Of a stretch of DNA of 64,000 nt, positions 40,151 to 51,336 are shown one piece after another. Location of the stretch: positions 2,720,001 to 2,784,000 of the forward strand of contig OY762654.1 in NCBI GenBank assembly GCA_963666205.1, read 5' to 3'. Each line of letters starts with the position of its first letter. Position 1 is the stretch's first letter. This DNA comes from Synergistales bacterium (GTDB lineage Bacteria; Synergistota; Synergistia; Synergistales; JAFGMB01). Below the pieces are notes generated by a model. It did no database searches and had not been told where the DNA came from. It saw only the letters and a list, made by a program, of their open reading frames with translations. The translations under genes were made by a program, and so were the position numbers.

Positions 40151-43100
40151 ATGGGTGTTTTACAGAGTTGTACTCCAAGGGATGGAATTATTTCAGGTTC
40201 TTTCAATATCGAAGTTTTTACTGCTTCCTTAAGTGAGGTTAACAGGTTTTACAGGGGCGAAGATGCTCAAATCCACGAGATATATACCGACGCAAAACAG
40301 TTCTTCACAGAAGGGACATATCCAACAGATGGTTTAAAAAACGTTCTTTCAGATGTATTCTCACGGATTAAAGGTGATAATTCTGCTCCTGCAATCCATA
40401 GACTCGAAACAGCCTTTGGCGGAGGTAAAACTCATACCCTGATTGCATGTACTCACATAGCGTACAAAGGGAAAGAACTTGAAGGTATTTCAGATGAATT
40501 CATCGATCCCTCGATTTTGCCAGAGCAAGGAGAATTGAAAATAGTAGCAATTGCTGGTGAAGAACTGGATGTTCATAGAACCGTAGGTTCACAGATAGTG
40601 CCCTATACCCTCTGGGGTGAAATAGCATATCAAATAGGAGGAGAGTCTCTTTACGAAGAAGTGAAAGCGGATGCGACTTCTATAAGTGCCCCGGGCAGTG
40701 AATATTTTGAAAAAGTCTTCAGTGGAAACAAAATCCTTATTATGCTTGATGAACTTGCACAGTATTCGGCACGTCTTATAGCTTCAAATCTCAGATTTCA
40801 GGGACAGTTAGAGGCTTTTCTTCTGGCTCTTCATGGTTATGCCAGAAGCCATTCGGGGATTGCAATTATATTGACACTTGCCAGTGCAACTGATGCTTTT
40901 GCAGACCAGACAGAGCGACTTCAAGCATTACTTAGTGAAACAACTGGTGAAGATGTAAGTCTTGAGAATGCTATTGATATTGGTGATCGGGCTATTCGGG
41001 GAGTAGCAAGCGTTGTAGCGCGGGATGCCATGGTAGTTGTACCAGTTCAGGCTACAGAACTATCAGCAGTCCTTGCTAAAAGGCTTTTTTCTTTCATTGA
41101 TCGTGAGATTGCACAGACTGTGGCTGAAGAATATTTTAGTGTATATCAGAAAAACGCATCCCTTTTGCCAGACTATGCAACCCGAATAGATTATCAAGAC
41201 CGCATAATTGCCATGTATCCTCTTCATCCAACGCTAATAGATTTTCTCAATAATAAGCTGGCAACTTCAGAAGGTTTTCAAAAAACCAGAGGTGTTCTAA
41301 GAACCCTTGCTCTTGCTATCAGAGCCCTTTGGAATAAGAAAACGAATCCGTCGATGATTCACATATGTCACCTGGATCTTCGTGATCCTAGAACAGTAAA
41401 CGAAATCCTTGGAAGGACTGGGAGTACAAACCTTTTTCCAGCTCTTAATGCAGATATTGGTTCTCCTGACACTGGAAACATCGAAGGCGGAAAAAGTAAT
41501 GCCCAGCTTGCTGATGAAAGGAATCCGCATCCAGAAAGTTGGCCATTTTATGAATACAGTTGGAAAACAGTATTCCTTAATAGCCTAGTTGGTCAGAATG
41601 AAGGTCTTGGGGGAAATCTTTATGGAGTTACAGAGCAGGATGCCTTGATACAGGTTTCTTTTCCAGGAATTACACCTCCACAAGTAAGAGTTGCATTAGA
41701 GGAAATCAATAACAGTGCCTTTTTCTTGCATTACAAGGAAGGTAGGTATTATGCAAGCAGTGACGTCGGAATAAATGCTGTTATTAACAGAATAAGGAAG
41801 ACCCTTAGAAGAGACGAAGTCGATTCGCTCCTGAATGTTATGGCTAGAAAGGTCGTTTCCTCAGGTAAGGGTGGTTTTGAAGTTGTGACAGATATATCTC
41901 TGCCAGAGCATCTTCCAGATAAAAAAGGGAAACCTGTCCTTGGATTAATCTCTCTCCAGACACCTAGTATTGATATAACCCAGTTTATGACGACTGTGGG
42001 ACCCAATTTACCTAGAATAGAGCAGAACCATGTTATGATGCTAGTTCCTGAAATAACGGAAATGATGAACGGGCGTGATTCAGCGAAATTATTTAGTGAT
42101 ATAGAAGGGAAACGGGATCGCAAGAGAACACAGTTAACAGATCTTGCACGCTATGTTCGAGCAATGCAAAAGTTGAAAGATAATCCACACGCTCATGGGA
42201 TAAAACCAGAGCAGCTTGGAGAAGAAGGTTTTTACCAGCGTCTCAGGGAACGTGAAAAGGCTCTTGAGACCATAGTAACGCAGACTTATCGCTATTTCTT
42301 CTATCCAGTCTCCGGTACCACTTTTGTTTACAAAGAAATCAAGACAGCTGGTGGAGAGGGTGGAGAGGGCGTTGTCGAGCAGATCAATAAAATCTTGATC
42401 CAGGAAGGCAAACTTGTTACTTCCGAACATACTGCTCTAAGTAATATCACATCCTTAAAAGGAATATTCTTTAGTCGGAAAGATGCCATTAAGCTTGGTG
42501 AGCTCATATCTAGCTTCAAATGCAATCGAGGATGGCCAATGTTGCAGAACCCTTCAGTATTTGCCCAGGTCATTCGAGCTGGAGTTGAAAAAAATATATG
42601 GTCTCTTTTTCGCTTTACGAAAAAGGAAAGCACCAGACCTGAAGAATTTTATGATTCTTCTCAACCAATACCCTTTGATCTAGAATTGAAAGAAGATTAT
42701 TCCCTTATTACATCAGAAGGTGCACAGCTCAGGGGATGGGGTTCCAATACTGGTCCAGATATCAATAAGGTCAAAGATATGGTAAGACATGAAATAGCCA
42801 GGACACCTGGGTTGAGGGTTTCTCAGGTCAAAGATAAGTTGCATTCAACTATGGAGGGAATCAAGGATTCTGTGATAAAAGAAGCTTTAGTGGATCTTCT
42901 CAAAAGTCAGAAATGTATTATTTTCAAAGGTTCGCCTGATCAGATCCAAAAACCCGAGCAGCTTGTGAGCGGGACATCCGCATTATTATATTCCCCCCAG
43001 GATGATGAAGTTATAATAACTCCTTCTGTAGCGGCAGAGAAGGGATGGATAACAACAGAAAATACTACATTTATTCTTGAAGGGAATGAGGGTTCTGAAA

Positions 43101-43387
43101 TCCTTTTCCCATTAATAAAGCGAATTGGATCTCTATATAACAGAGGTGCTTCCTCAAATGTGGATTTACTTGAATTTTACGAACTGGTCCTGAACAAAGG
43201 GGGCCGGTTGGGTATTGAGATTACTGGAGCATCACCGGAAAGCATGAAAAGCCTGGGAGAACTATTTGAAGTTCTATCAAATCTTGTTCAACCTGGGAGT
43301 GAAACTGGAGCAAGACTGGAAATATCAGATCCGCAGGAGAATTGTCTGTTCCTAAAAGAGATCAAAGAGAGAAGGCTGGAGAAGTAG
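40151..43387 (+). CDS. DUF499 AAA+ ATPase
   Basis: FFTEGTYPT, ETAFGGGKTH, LWGEIA, MLDE, YPLHP, FQKTRGVLR. Confidence 0.9.
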   Translation: MGVLQSCTPRDGIISGSFNIEVFTASLSEVNRFYRGEDAQIHEIYTDAKQFFTEGTYPTDGLKNVLSDVFSRIKGDNSAPAIHRLETAFGGGKTHTLIACTHIAYKGKELEGISDEFIDPSILPEQGELKIVAIAGEELDVHRTVGSQIVPYTLWGEIAYQIGGESLYEEVKADATSISAPGSEYFEKVFSGNKILIMLDELAQYSARLIASNLRFQGQLEAFLLALHGYARSHSGIAIILTLASATDAFADQTERLQALLSETTGEDVSLENAIDIGDRAIRGVASVVARDAMVVVPVQATELSAVLAKRLFSFIDREIAQTVAEEYFSVYQKNASLLPDYATRIDYQDRIIAMYPLHPTLIDFLNNKLATSEGFQKTRGVLRTLALAIRALWNKKTNPSMIHICHLDLRDPRTVNEILGRTGSTNLFPALNADIGSPDTGNIEGGKSNAQLADERNPHPESWPFYEYSWKTVFLNSLVGQNEGLGGNLYGVTEQDALIQVSFPGITPPQVRVALEEINNSAFFLHYKEGRYYASSDVGINAVINRIRKTLRRDEVDSLLNVMARKVVSSGKGGFEVVTDISLPEHLPDKKGKPVLGLISLQTPSIDITQFMTTVGPNLPRIEQNHVMMLVPEITEMMNGRDSAKLFSDIEGKRDRKRTQLTDLARYVRAMQKLKDNPHAHGIKPEQLGEEGFYQRLREREKALETIVTQTYRYFFYPVSGTTFVYKEIKTAGGEGGEGVVEQINKILIQEGKLVTSEHTALSNITSLKGIFFSRKDAIKLGELISSFKCNRGWPMLQNPSVFAQVIRAGVEKNIWSLFRFTKKESTRPEEFYDSSQPIPFDLELKEDYSLITSEGAQLRGWGSNTGPDINKVKDMVRHEIARTPGLRVSQVKDKLHSTMEGIKDSVIKEALVDLLKSQKCIIFKGSPDQIQKPEQLVSGTSALLYSPQDDEVIITPSVAAEKGWITTENTTFILEGNEGSEILFPLIKRIGSLYNRGASSNVDLLEFYELVLNKGGRLGIEITGASPESMKSLGELFEVLSNLVQPGSETGARLEISDPQENCLFLKEIKERRLEK

Positions 43388-44017
43388 ATGAAACGCAAAG
43401 ATCAATTGTCAAACTGGACCTGGGAAACAAATTACGAAAATCTTGTGCGTAAGGAAATAAAACATGCGCCATGGATACTTCGTATTACAGAGCATAAGGA
43501 TAAACCAATCCCCGTACTAATAATTAAAGAGCACCGACTTTCTTTTGATGATGAGAATAACCATGAAGAGAATAACCATGAAAAGAATCAGAATACAGCA
43601 TTGAAGGATAGAGGGTTACTCTATGGATCGGAACTGATTCGCTGTATTCCAATAATAAGGGCGCTTCTGTCCAGAGTAAAAAATGAAGACGGAATTCCTC
43701 TAGAACTTCACAGAGTTTTCGAAACCCAAAGAATATCTTTTCGGGGGAACCTTCCTTTAGATGATGAAGCAGGATATAAACTTGCTCTGCTCTTCAAGCT
43801 ACAAGAGAGGATCAAAGGGCTGGACAGAGTAGAATTAATGGCCTTGAGAATAAGTAGTTTCAGCAAGGAAGAAGCAGGTTACTGGTATTCAAGGATCACC
43901 GATTTCAGTCCGGCTGCCAATAGATGGGCACAAGCGGGCCTGAAGATTCTGCTTGCTGGCCATCCTCACGATAATCATGTAACGACAATGCTTGAAAAAC
44001 TGCGTTTAAGATCGTAA
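43388..44017 (+). CDS. Small subunit of the DUF499 system (in the DUF3780 position)
   Basis: Abuts the DUF499 gene; EEAGYWY motif. Confidence 0.7.
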   Translation: MKRKDQLSNWTWETNYENLVRKEIKHAPWILRITEHKDKPIPVLIIKEHRLSFDDENNHEENNHEKNQNTALKDRGLLYGSELIRCIPIIRALLSRVKNEDGIPLELHRVFETQRISFRGNLPLDDEAGYKLALLFKLQERIKGLDRVELMALRISSFSKEEAGYWYSRITDFSPAANRWAQAGLKILLAGHPHDNHVTTMLEKLRLRS

Positions 44018-44027
44018 TTACTGGAGG

Positions 44028-47000
44028 GTGAACATGACCGATAGATCGGATTTACGTTTTATAGAAACTGGATTTCCTTGTCATCAGGTGGGAGCTGAAA
44101 CGCAGAGAGAAAGAGACACAGGTAAAGCCCCGCCTACCCATCGTCTTCATGTCTGGTGGGCACGAAGACCACTGACACCCAGCCGTGCTGCTATCCTTGG
44201 CTCTTTATTACCTGCAGATACAGACCCTGACTGGTTTTTATGTCAGTTGGGTATTAAAAAAAAGGTTGTCGAGATTAACGGCCAGGAGTGGGTTCTGGAG
44301 GGAAATCTTTTAGAAAAGATTGACTTAGATTCTCAGGGTAATGAGATTTTCCCTTTCTACATAAATTTGTTGAATGACATTGAAAAAGAGAACAAGAAAA
44401 GAGTTGAAATTAGAAAGATTATTGACGATTTAGTAAAAAGAGACAAGGATCTTGTTTCAAATCCAGTGGTGATTCAGTTTAAACTGATATCCCGTCCAAT
44501 TGATTATCAAGGTGTGGATATTCATTCTAGTTTTCCTGTCAAAACAATTTCTGGTGATCCATCTTGGTTCAAATCTTTGTTGGATATCGCGCAAGAAAAA
44601 GATATTCGAGTACCAAATCTATATGGATATGAGAGAGCTTTTCATAATCAGCCTGACCAATTATTTCACAAACAAGTAGTATTGGATCCTACTGCTGGAG
44701 GTGGTTCTATCCCCTTTGAATCTTTACGTCTTGGATGTAGAACAATTTCGAATGAATTAAATCCTGTGGCTTCAGTTATTTTACAGGCAACTCTTGACTT
44801 CCCTTTGCGATTTGGAAATTCTCTTATTGAAAATATTGAAAAATATGGAAAAATTCTTCTTACAATGCTAGGTAACAATCTACATGAAGTATTTCCCACT
44901 ATTCAACCGTTACAAGGTGCAGAATTAAAGGAGCTAAAAGAATTTCTAAAAAAATATCCAGAATATGCTGATATTTACTCGAATGAACATACTACAACTT
45001 TCCTTTACTGTCGCCAGGTAATCTGCCCTCACTGTCATGGAGAAGTACCCCTTTTAAACACTTCATGGCTTTCTAAAGAAGCTGGAAAGCAATGGGGCGT
45101 AAGCATCATTACAGATGGCAAGGAAAGAAATGGTAGTGTTCAGTTCAAAATATATAGGGTTTCCAAAGGAAAAGGCCCCAATGGCGAGGATCCTAACTTT
45201 GCTACAGTTAACCAGGGTGTGGGTTACTGCGTTCATTGCAAACAGGCTATAGATGCTAAAGAAATTAAATGTCAAGCCAGGGGTGAATCAGAACACGGCA
45301 AATGGAAGGATAGACTCTATTCTGTGGTAGCAATTCGCTTTCAGCCTAAACTTGACAAGCAAGGTAAGCCTATACGATATAAAAGTGGTGAGAAGGCTGG
45401 GGAAATCAAAACAGAGAAGGTCCGTTTCTTCAGAACACCAAATGAAACAGATTCTGCTGCTCTTAGACTGGCTGAAAAACGTCTTCAAGAGAACTGGGAT
45501 AGATGGGATAAAGCAGGATTGATCCCAACAGAGAGTTTCCCTGAAGGGAACGACATGAGGCCGGTAATTTATGGCATGGATCGTTGGTGTGATCTTTTCA
45601 CACCTCGTCAACTCTTTGGACATTTGACCCTTATTGACGAGCTCAACAAACTCAAACCCCAGATCTTGTCCGAATTAGGTGAAGAGAAGGGAAAAGCTGT
45701 TGTCACTTATTTGCAATTTGCAATTGACAAAGGACTTGATTATAACAGCAAGCAAACTCGGTGGCACTATAGTCGCGGAGTCATGATTAACACGTTTGGA
45801 CGACATGACTTTTCACTAAAATGGACCTTTGGTGAAATGATCTTTTCTGGGCCTAATTCTGGGGCCAACTGGGGATTGTCCCAAATACTAGATGCGTATA
45901 AAGGTATTGCAGAGCTTTGTCTCTCTTCAAACAAAGAAGATCCTTCTGTTCAGGTAATTAATGGCACCGCAGCACATATGCCAGTTATTGCAAACAATTC
46001 TGTAGATCTTATATGTATGGATCCACCTTACTATAACAATGTTCAGTATGCAGAGCTTTCAGATTATTTTTATGTCTGGCAGAAGAGAACCCTGTCAGAT
46101 CTTTATCCAGACTTTTTTACCCGGCGTTTAACGAACAAACAGGATGAAGCTGTTGCCAACCCTGCTCGAGATGGAAGTGTATTGAAGGCTAAAAAAGCCT
46201 ATGAAAAACTCATGGGAGACATTTTCCGCGAATGTCAAAGGGTCCTTAAAGATGATGGAATCATGACACTCATGTTTACCCATAAAACCCAAGAGGCATG
46301 GGAAACACTAACCCAAGCTCTTATCCAAAACGGATGGGTAATAACATCATCTTTCCCAGTAGAATCGGAGACTCAACAGGGAATACACACAAAAGGAAAT
46401 GCTTCTGCTACCAGCTCTATTTTTATTTCCTGCAGAAAAAAATTACACAACAAAATAACGCCCTCTGTCTGGTCAGACTTTGGTGGTTCAGGGGTCCAAA
46501 ACCAGATCGTAGAGGGAGTAAGGGCGGGATTACAGGGATTCCAATCTCTCAAACTAGGTCCTGTTGACGAGATGGTGGCCAGTTATGGAAGGGCTTTGAG
46601 GGTTCTTTCAGAGAATTGGCCCGTTATCGATGGAGATGAAATGGTAGGTCCATCCAAGGCCATGAACGAAGCTTCACGTGTTGTGGCAGAAAATCAAATT
46701 GAAAGGATCACACAGGGAAGGCTTCATGTCGCAGATCTTTCTCCAGAATCTGCCATGTCTCTGACACTTTATGGTATCTATGGATTAGGGGAGATACCCT
46801 ATGACGACGTACTGAACCTTTCTCGTTCTCTGAATATCAGCCTTACTTCCTACACTGGTGGTTATCAGGTGAATGGCAGCAGGTTTATCGGCATTAACAA
46901 CGATAGTATTAGTGGTAGAAGATCCTCTGGTGCTGATGCCAATGAGATGGGTTACTATGCTCCCTTGATCAAAAAGGGTAGCAAGCTAAGGCTTGCCAAA

Positions 47001-47234
47001 CCAAGCGAAAGGAACAGTCGAAGGCTTGCTAATCCTCAAACTGAATGGGACCTGCTCCAGGGAAGCATTATGGCTTACCGGGAGGGAGATATTGTTCTGG
47101 CAACGGACTATCTTCACAGACATGCCAGAGAGAAAATCGATCTGGTTATTGACCTGATATACGTTTGGGCATCAGAAATGTCGGACGAAAACCTTCGCAA
47201 GGAAGCCAGGGCTCTCCTTTTTGGTTTGAAATGA
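44028..47234 (+). CDS. DUF1156 adenine-specific DNA methyltransferase
   Basis: HVWWARRP, DPTAGGGSIPFE, CPHC/CVHC, DPPY. Confidence 0.92.
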   Translation: MNMTDRSDLRFIETGFPCHQVGAETQRERDTGKAPPTHRLHVWWARRPLTPSRAAILGSLLPADTDPDWFLCQLGIKKKVVEINGQEWVLEGNLLEKIDLDSQGNEIFPFYINLLNDIEKENKKRVEIRKIIDDLVKRDKDLVSNPVVIQFKLISRPIDYQGVDIHSSFPVKTISGDPSWFKSLLDIAQEKDIRVPNLYGYERAFHNQPDQLFHKQVVLDPTAGGGSIPFESLRLGCRTISNELNPVASVILQATLDFPLRFGNSLIENIEKYGKILLTMLGNNLHEVFPTIQPLQGAELKELKEFLKKYPEYADIYSNEHTTTFLYCRQVICPHCHGEVPLLNTSWLSKEAGKQWGVSIITDGKERNGSVQFKIYRVSKGKGPNGEDPNFATVNQGVGYCVHCKQAIDAKEIKCQARGESEHGKWKDRLYSVVAIRFQPKLDKQGKPIRYKSGEKAGEIKTEKVRFFRTPNETDSAALRLAEKRLQENWDRWDKAGLIPTESFPEGNDMRPVIYGMDRWCDLFTPRQLFGHLTLIDELNKLKPQILSELGEEKGKAVVTYLQFAIDKGLDYNSKQTRWHYSRGVMINTFGRHDFSLKWTFGEMIFSGPNSGANWGLSQILDAYKGIAELCLSSNKEDPSVQVINGTAAHMPVIANNSVDLICMDPPYYNNVQYAELSDYFYVWQKRTLSDLYPDFFTRRLTNKQDEAVANPARDGSVLKAKKAYEKLMGDIFRECQRVLKDDGIMTLMFTHKTQEAWETLTQALIQNGWVITSSFPVESETQQGIHTKGNASATSSIFISCRKKLHNKITPSVWSDFGGSGVQNQIVEGVRAGLQGFQSLKLGPVDEMVASYGRALRVLSENWPVIDGDEMVGPSKAMNEASRVVAENQIERITQGRLHVADLSPESAMSLTLYGIYGLGEIPYDDVLNLSRSLNISLTSYTGGYQVNGSRFIGINNDSISGRRSSGADANEMGYYAPLIKKGSKLRLAKPSERNSRRLANPQTEWDLLQGSIMAYREGDIVLATDYLHRHAREKIDLVIDLIYVWASEMSDENLRKEARALLFGLK

Positions 47235-47249
47235 TAGGAGGATACAATC

Positions 47250-50200
47250 TTGCCTGAAGATTTCAAGTTGAAGAATTTCAGAGAATTTGATCTGAAGCAT
47301 ACCTATAGGACGTCCTCCTTCAGGGCTAATGGACCTGTAGATATCCTTAAAGAGTTTTATATACCAGTTCTGAGCCGCTCTCTGAAATATGATCGTATGG
47401 CAGGATATTTTACTTCTTCTTCACTTGCAGCAGCTTCTCAGGGTTTTTCAGCGTTCACCTCTCTGGGAGGCAAACTAAGACTAATAGTAGGTTCAGATCT
47501 CCAAATCGAGGATATTCAGGCTGTTCTTGATGGCGATTCTCAGCGTTTGACACATAAACTCGGTAATGAACTTGAAGACATGAATATCTGGCCAGAAGAG
47601 ACTAAACGAGGTGTAGAACTGCTTTCATGGATGGTTGCCCATGAATATTTGGAAATACGAGTTGCCTTTAGAGTAAGCCTGGTTACCGGTAAACCGATTA
47701 CTTATAACTCCACGGAAGATGGATATGTCCATGAAAAGTGGGCAATCTTTTATGATACAGAAGGTAACCGTATTTTGGCTTCTGGTTCTTTGAACGAATC
47801 CGAAAGGGCTCTTCAAAAAAATGCAGAAAATCTTGATATAAACGCCGAATGGTGGAACGATGTAGCCAAGTCCAAGGTGGATGAGGCCGAAGAGGATTTC
47901 GATCTGCTATGGAAGGACAAGGTGCCCCACATAAAAGTATTCACCCTTCCTCAGGCAATAAAAGAAAAACTTGTCCGTATAGGAAAGGCTGTCAGGATTC
48001 CCACTGAAATAGATGGAACACCTGGCATTGAGGAAAATCCTCTCCTTACTTCAAAGGAAATTCTCCAGTTTCTCCTGATAAAAGAGGGGCCAAGATTACC
48101 AGGTGGACAGTATGTTGGTATGAAAACAACTCCCATCAACCCATGGCCACACCAAGACATAGTTGCTCGCCGCTTAGTAGAAACCTGGCCATATAGTTAC
48201 CTGATGTGTGATGAGGTAGGTCTGGGGAAGACTATAGAGGCTGGTCTTGCACTCAGATCCCTCATTTTGTCTGGAAGGGTGAAGCGAACCATGATTGCCG
48301 CGCCTGCCGGGTTGACTCATCAGTGGCATCGAGAACTTGCAACGAAGTTTTATCTTCCCTTTGGTAGAGCATGTTCTGGCTCTTCTCCAAAACACGAATA
48401 CCTTCTTCCTCTAGAGGAAACCAGACACTCTTCGAGTCTATATTCTCCTGATCTATCTATTGTCTCAACAGGTCTTGTAACTCAAAAACACCGTCAATCT
48501 GCTATAAAGAATGCGTCCGATTTTGACATTGTATTAGTTGATGAAGCTCATTATGCAAGACGTAAAGACCCTGCAGCTAAAGATGGTACAAGGATCGATC
48601 CCAAATATGGGAATCTGTACAAAAGGATAGATGGGACCATTCGGGATAAGACAAAATCATTGTGGCTTGCTACTGCAACACCAATGCAATTAAACTGGAT
48701 AGAATCCTACGATTTAATTCGGCTGACAAAAAGAGTTGGAGCCTTTAAAGACGATCCCTATTTGACGGATTTCTATTATCAATTATTGAGCAATTTAGTC
48801 AACAATGGTGATCTTGATGAATGTCAGTGGTCTTTCTTGAGAAAGACAGTCCTTTCCATTCAGAGTCAAGATCCTCTCCTCTACGAATATTTAAAAACAA
48901 ATCTTTTCAATGCAAGTTTCAGAACTTTAATTCGAAGATGGCTTAAAAATGGGTATGCTCCAGTGGGAACAGGTAAACTTCGATCCAAAAAACTTTTGTT
49001 TTCTGTAGCGCCTCTATCGAGGGTAATGGAGCGTCATACCCGCCAGTTGCTGAAGATATACAAGGAAAAGGGACAGTTAAAAGCCAATCTTGCAGAGAGA
49101 ACCATTCTACCCATTCCACCTCTGAAATTTTCTTCTCAGGAAAAACAGGCATATGAAGAGCTTCAAGATTATTGTCAAGAATTAAAAAAACAGATTGAGC
49201 AGAATTGTTCTGATGGTAACAAACGTGCGAGCATCGGTTTTTATCTCAGTTTTCTGCGATTGCGGTTTGCGTCAAGCCTATTTGCTATTAGGCAAACCCT
49301 TCGCAGAAGACTAGTCAAAGTTATTGCCACTTTGGAGAACCAATTAGTCCATGATACCGATTTTGATTGGAGTGACTTTGATCAGGAAATAGATATTCCT
49401 GACGAAAGGTGTCTAGAAGATTTTTTGAAAGATAGGACACCTGCAGATCTCGAATGGGAAAAGAGTAGATTGGAAGAGATGCTAGTTAACCTCGAAGATC
49501 TTACGAAGACTCCTTTCAAGATTCAGCATCTTCTTTCTGTACTGAATAGCCGTAGAATAAGTCACCTCGATAAAAGGATTCAGCAAACAGTTATTTTCAC
49601 CAGATTTACTGACACTCTGAATGATCTGGTATCGAGACTTCGCATTGTGGATCCATCCATGAGAATAGGCATTTACAGCGGCAAATCTTGCTCATATTAT
49701 GATTCCTCCAGCAAAAAAATGAAGGGTTCCAACAGAGAAGAAATAAAACATAGGTTCTTACAGGGAGAAATTGATGTTCTGATCTGTACTGACGCTGCGG
49801 CAGAAGGACTTAACCTTCAAACGGCAGATCTTCTTATCAATTTAGATCTTCCTTGGAATCCCATGAAACTTGAACAGAGGATAGGAAGAATTGACCGTAT
49901 CGGCCAGAAATATAAAGAGATTTACGTCCTTAATCTTTGTTATCTCGGTTCCGCTGAGGAGATAGTATACGGACGGCTAATAAAACGTTTAGGAGAAGCT
50001 ATGAATGTGGTCGGGAACATGCCTTTTCCCCTTCTTCCTGTAACTGAGGAAGATTTTCGAGAACTTTCAGCAGGAGAAATATTACCCAGTGAGTTGGAGA
50101 TTCGAGCATTAGAAAGATTAAAGTTAAGGCAAGAACGGACGTCCAGCATGGAAATACCTCCAGAGGATCTCTATCAGATCTATACAAACCTTAACCAGAA

Positions 50201-51149
50201 CCATCGATCTCCCATAACACTTGAAGATATCTGGGAAGCTTTAACGTCATCAACATTTTTGCACGATCTGGGTTCCTATACTAAGGAAACATCTGAAGGG
50301 AACATTTTTATAATAAAAGGGATCCTCGTAGTTAATGATGGAACTGCCTTGACCATTGATAAAGATCTTTTCGAAAAAGGATGTCCAGATTTTGATGGGC
50401 CCCTTCATTTTGCAACGTACGGTGATCCTGTTTTTGATGCTTTGCTCGATTTCATACTCTCCGAAGACCATATTCCAGGATCTATAAAAACTATTGAGGT
50501 TCACTCAGATAAGCTAAATGCGGATGTATCAGGAATTTCAGTTCTTACATTCGAAGAAGATAACAAGATCAAGCTTATAACTTCATGGTCTGATATTCAG
50601 GACCTTCAAATTGACGATTCAAGTTCGTTTTCTAAAGATGAGATTGTTGTGCTTCAGCAAACACTGCTCCAGTTAGCAGAAGAGAGAGGACCTAGGCTTA
50701 CAGCAGTTATTAATGATAGGATCTTGAAAGAGAACGAACGCTGTGCAAGTGCCCATCAAATATTGAATTTGGTGGTAGCTCATGGACTGATAAGGTCTAT
50801 GCGGACCTTAGGATATTCCGATGAGGATAATTTTTGGCATTGCATCGGAGAAATTGATCAAAAATTGGAAGGGAAAAAAGAACATGTTGTTCCAGAGTTA
50901 CCTAAAGATCCATTAGAACTAATTTCAGAATACTTAATGATAGATTTTAAAATACCGGCAATTGGTAACACGTTATCACCCAACTTGCCCATTCATATTA
51001 TTCATAGTGCAATACACGCAGCCTGTAGGGAAGCAGATGCAATAAGGGAAGCTAAATCCCGACTCCAGATCAACACTGTTCGCGCAAGAATTAAGAGAAA
51101 AATAGCTGTAATTGCTCAAGAATCATTTGGCAAGCAGGTCTATATCTAA
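47250..51149 (+). CDS. PLD-like nuclease fused to a SNF2 helicase
   Basis: AGYFTSS, HEK..GSLN; DEVGLGKT, DEAH, TATP, EGLNLQ, QRIGRIDR. Confidence 0.92.
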   Translation: MPEDFKLKNFREFDLKHTYRTSSFRANGPVDILKEFYIPVLSRSLKYDRMAGYFTSSSLAAASQGFSAFTSLGGKLRLIVGSDLQIEDIQAVLDGDSQRLTHKLGNELEDMNIWPEETKRGVELLSWMVAHEYLEIRVAFRVSLVTGKPITYNSTEDGYVHEKWAIFYDTEGNRILASGSLNESERALQKNAENLDINAEWWNDVAKSKVDEAEEDFDLLWKDKVPHIKVFTLPQAIKEKLVRIGKAVRIPTEIDGTPGIEENPLLTSKEILQFLLIKEGPRLPGGQYVGMKTTPINPWPHQDIVARRLVETWPYSYLMCDEVGLGKTIEAGLALRSLILSGRVKRTMIAAPAGLTHQWHRELATKFYLPFGRACSGSSPKHEYLLPLEETRHSSSLYSPDLSIVSTGLVTQKHRQSAIKNASDFDIVLVDEAHYARRKDPAAKDGTRIDPKYGNLYKRIDGTIRDKTKSLWLATATPMQLNWIESYDLIRLTKRVGAFKDDPYLTDFYYQLLSNLVNNGDLDECQWSFLRKTVLSIQSQDPLLYEYLKTNLFNASFRTLIRRWLKNGYAPVGTGKLRSKKLLFSVAPLSRVMERHTRQLLKIYKEKGQLKANLAERTILPIPPLKFSSQEKQAYEELQDYCQELKKQIEQNCSDGNKRASIGFYLSFLRLRFASSLFAIRQTLRRRLVKVIATLENQLVHDTDFDWSDFDQEIDIPDERCLEDFLKDRTPADLEWEKSRLEEMLVNLEDLTKTPFKIQHLLSVLNSRRISHLDKRIQQTVIFTRFTDTLNDLVSRLRIVDPSMRIGIYSGKSCSYYDSSSKKMKGSNREEIKHRFLQGEIDVLICTDAAAEGLNLQTADLLINLDLPWNPMKLEQRIGRIDRIGQKYKEIYVLNLCYLGSAEEIVYGRLIKRLGEAMNVVGNMPFPLLPVTEEDFRELSAGEILPSELEIRALERLKLRQERTSSMEIPPEDLYQIYTNLNQNHRSPITLEDIWEALTSSTFLHDLGSYTKETSEGNIFIIKGILVVNDGTALTIDKDLFEKGCPDFDGPLHFATYGDPVFDALLDFILSEDHIPGSIKTIEVHSDKLNADVSGISVLTFEEDNKIKLITSWSDIQDLQIDDSSSFSKDEIVVLQQTLLQLAEERGPRLTAVINDRILKENERCASAHQILNLVVAHGLIRSMRTLGYSDEDNFWHCIGEIDQKLEGKKEHVVPELPKDPLELISEYLMIDFKIPAIGNTLSPNLPIHIIHSAIHAACREADAIREAKSRLQINTVRARIKRKIAVIAQESFGKQVYI

Positions 51150-51207
51150 ATATTACTCGTTTGGAGTGAAGCAAGTGATTTCTAAAATTGAATAGACATT
51201 TCCAACC

Positions 51208-51241
51208 AAGACCCTGGGTTTAACTTTCCAGGGTCTTTTTA
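51208..51241 (+). terminator. Terminator of the DUF499 operon
   Basis: AAGACCCTGG/CCAGGGTCTT plus T tract. Confidence 0.8.
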
Positions 51242-51336
51242 TTTTTACTTAGAAATCAGCAATCGTATCAACAACTCCAATGCCACAGCCCTTCATAAGC
51301 TGTGGCTATATGTTTATCTGAAGGAGGATCAATTCT

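Noticed and set aside
43553-43582. 15-bp tandem repeat (ENNHE twice)
   Set aside because: Real, but a trivial in-frame slippage in a probable loop.
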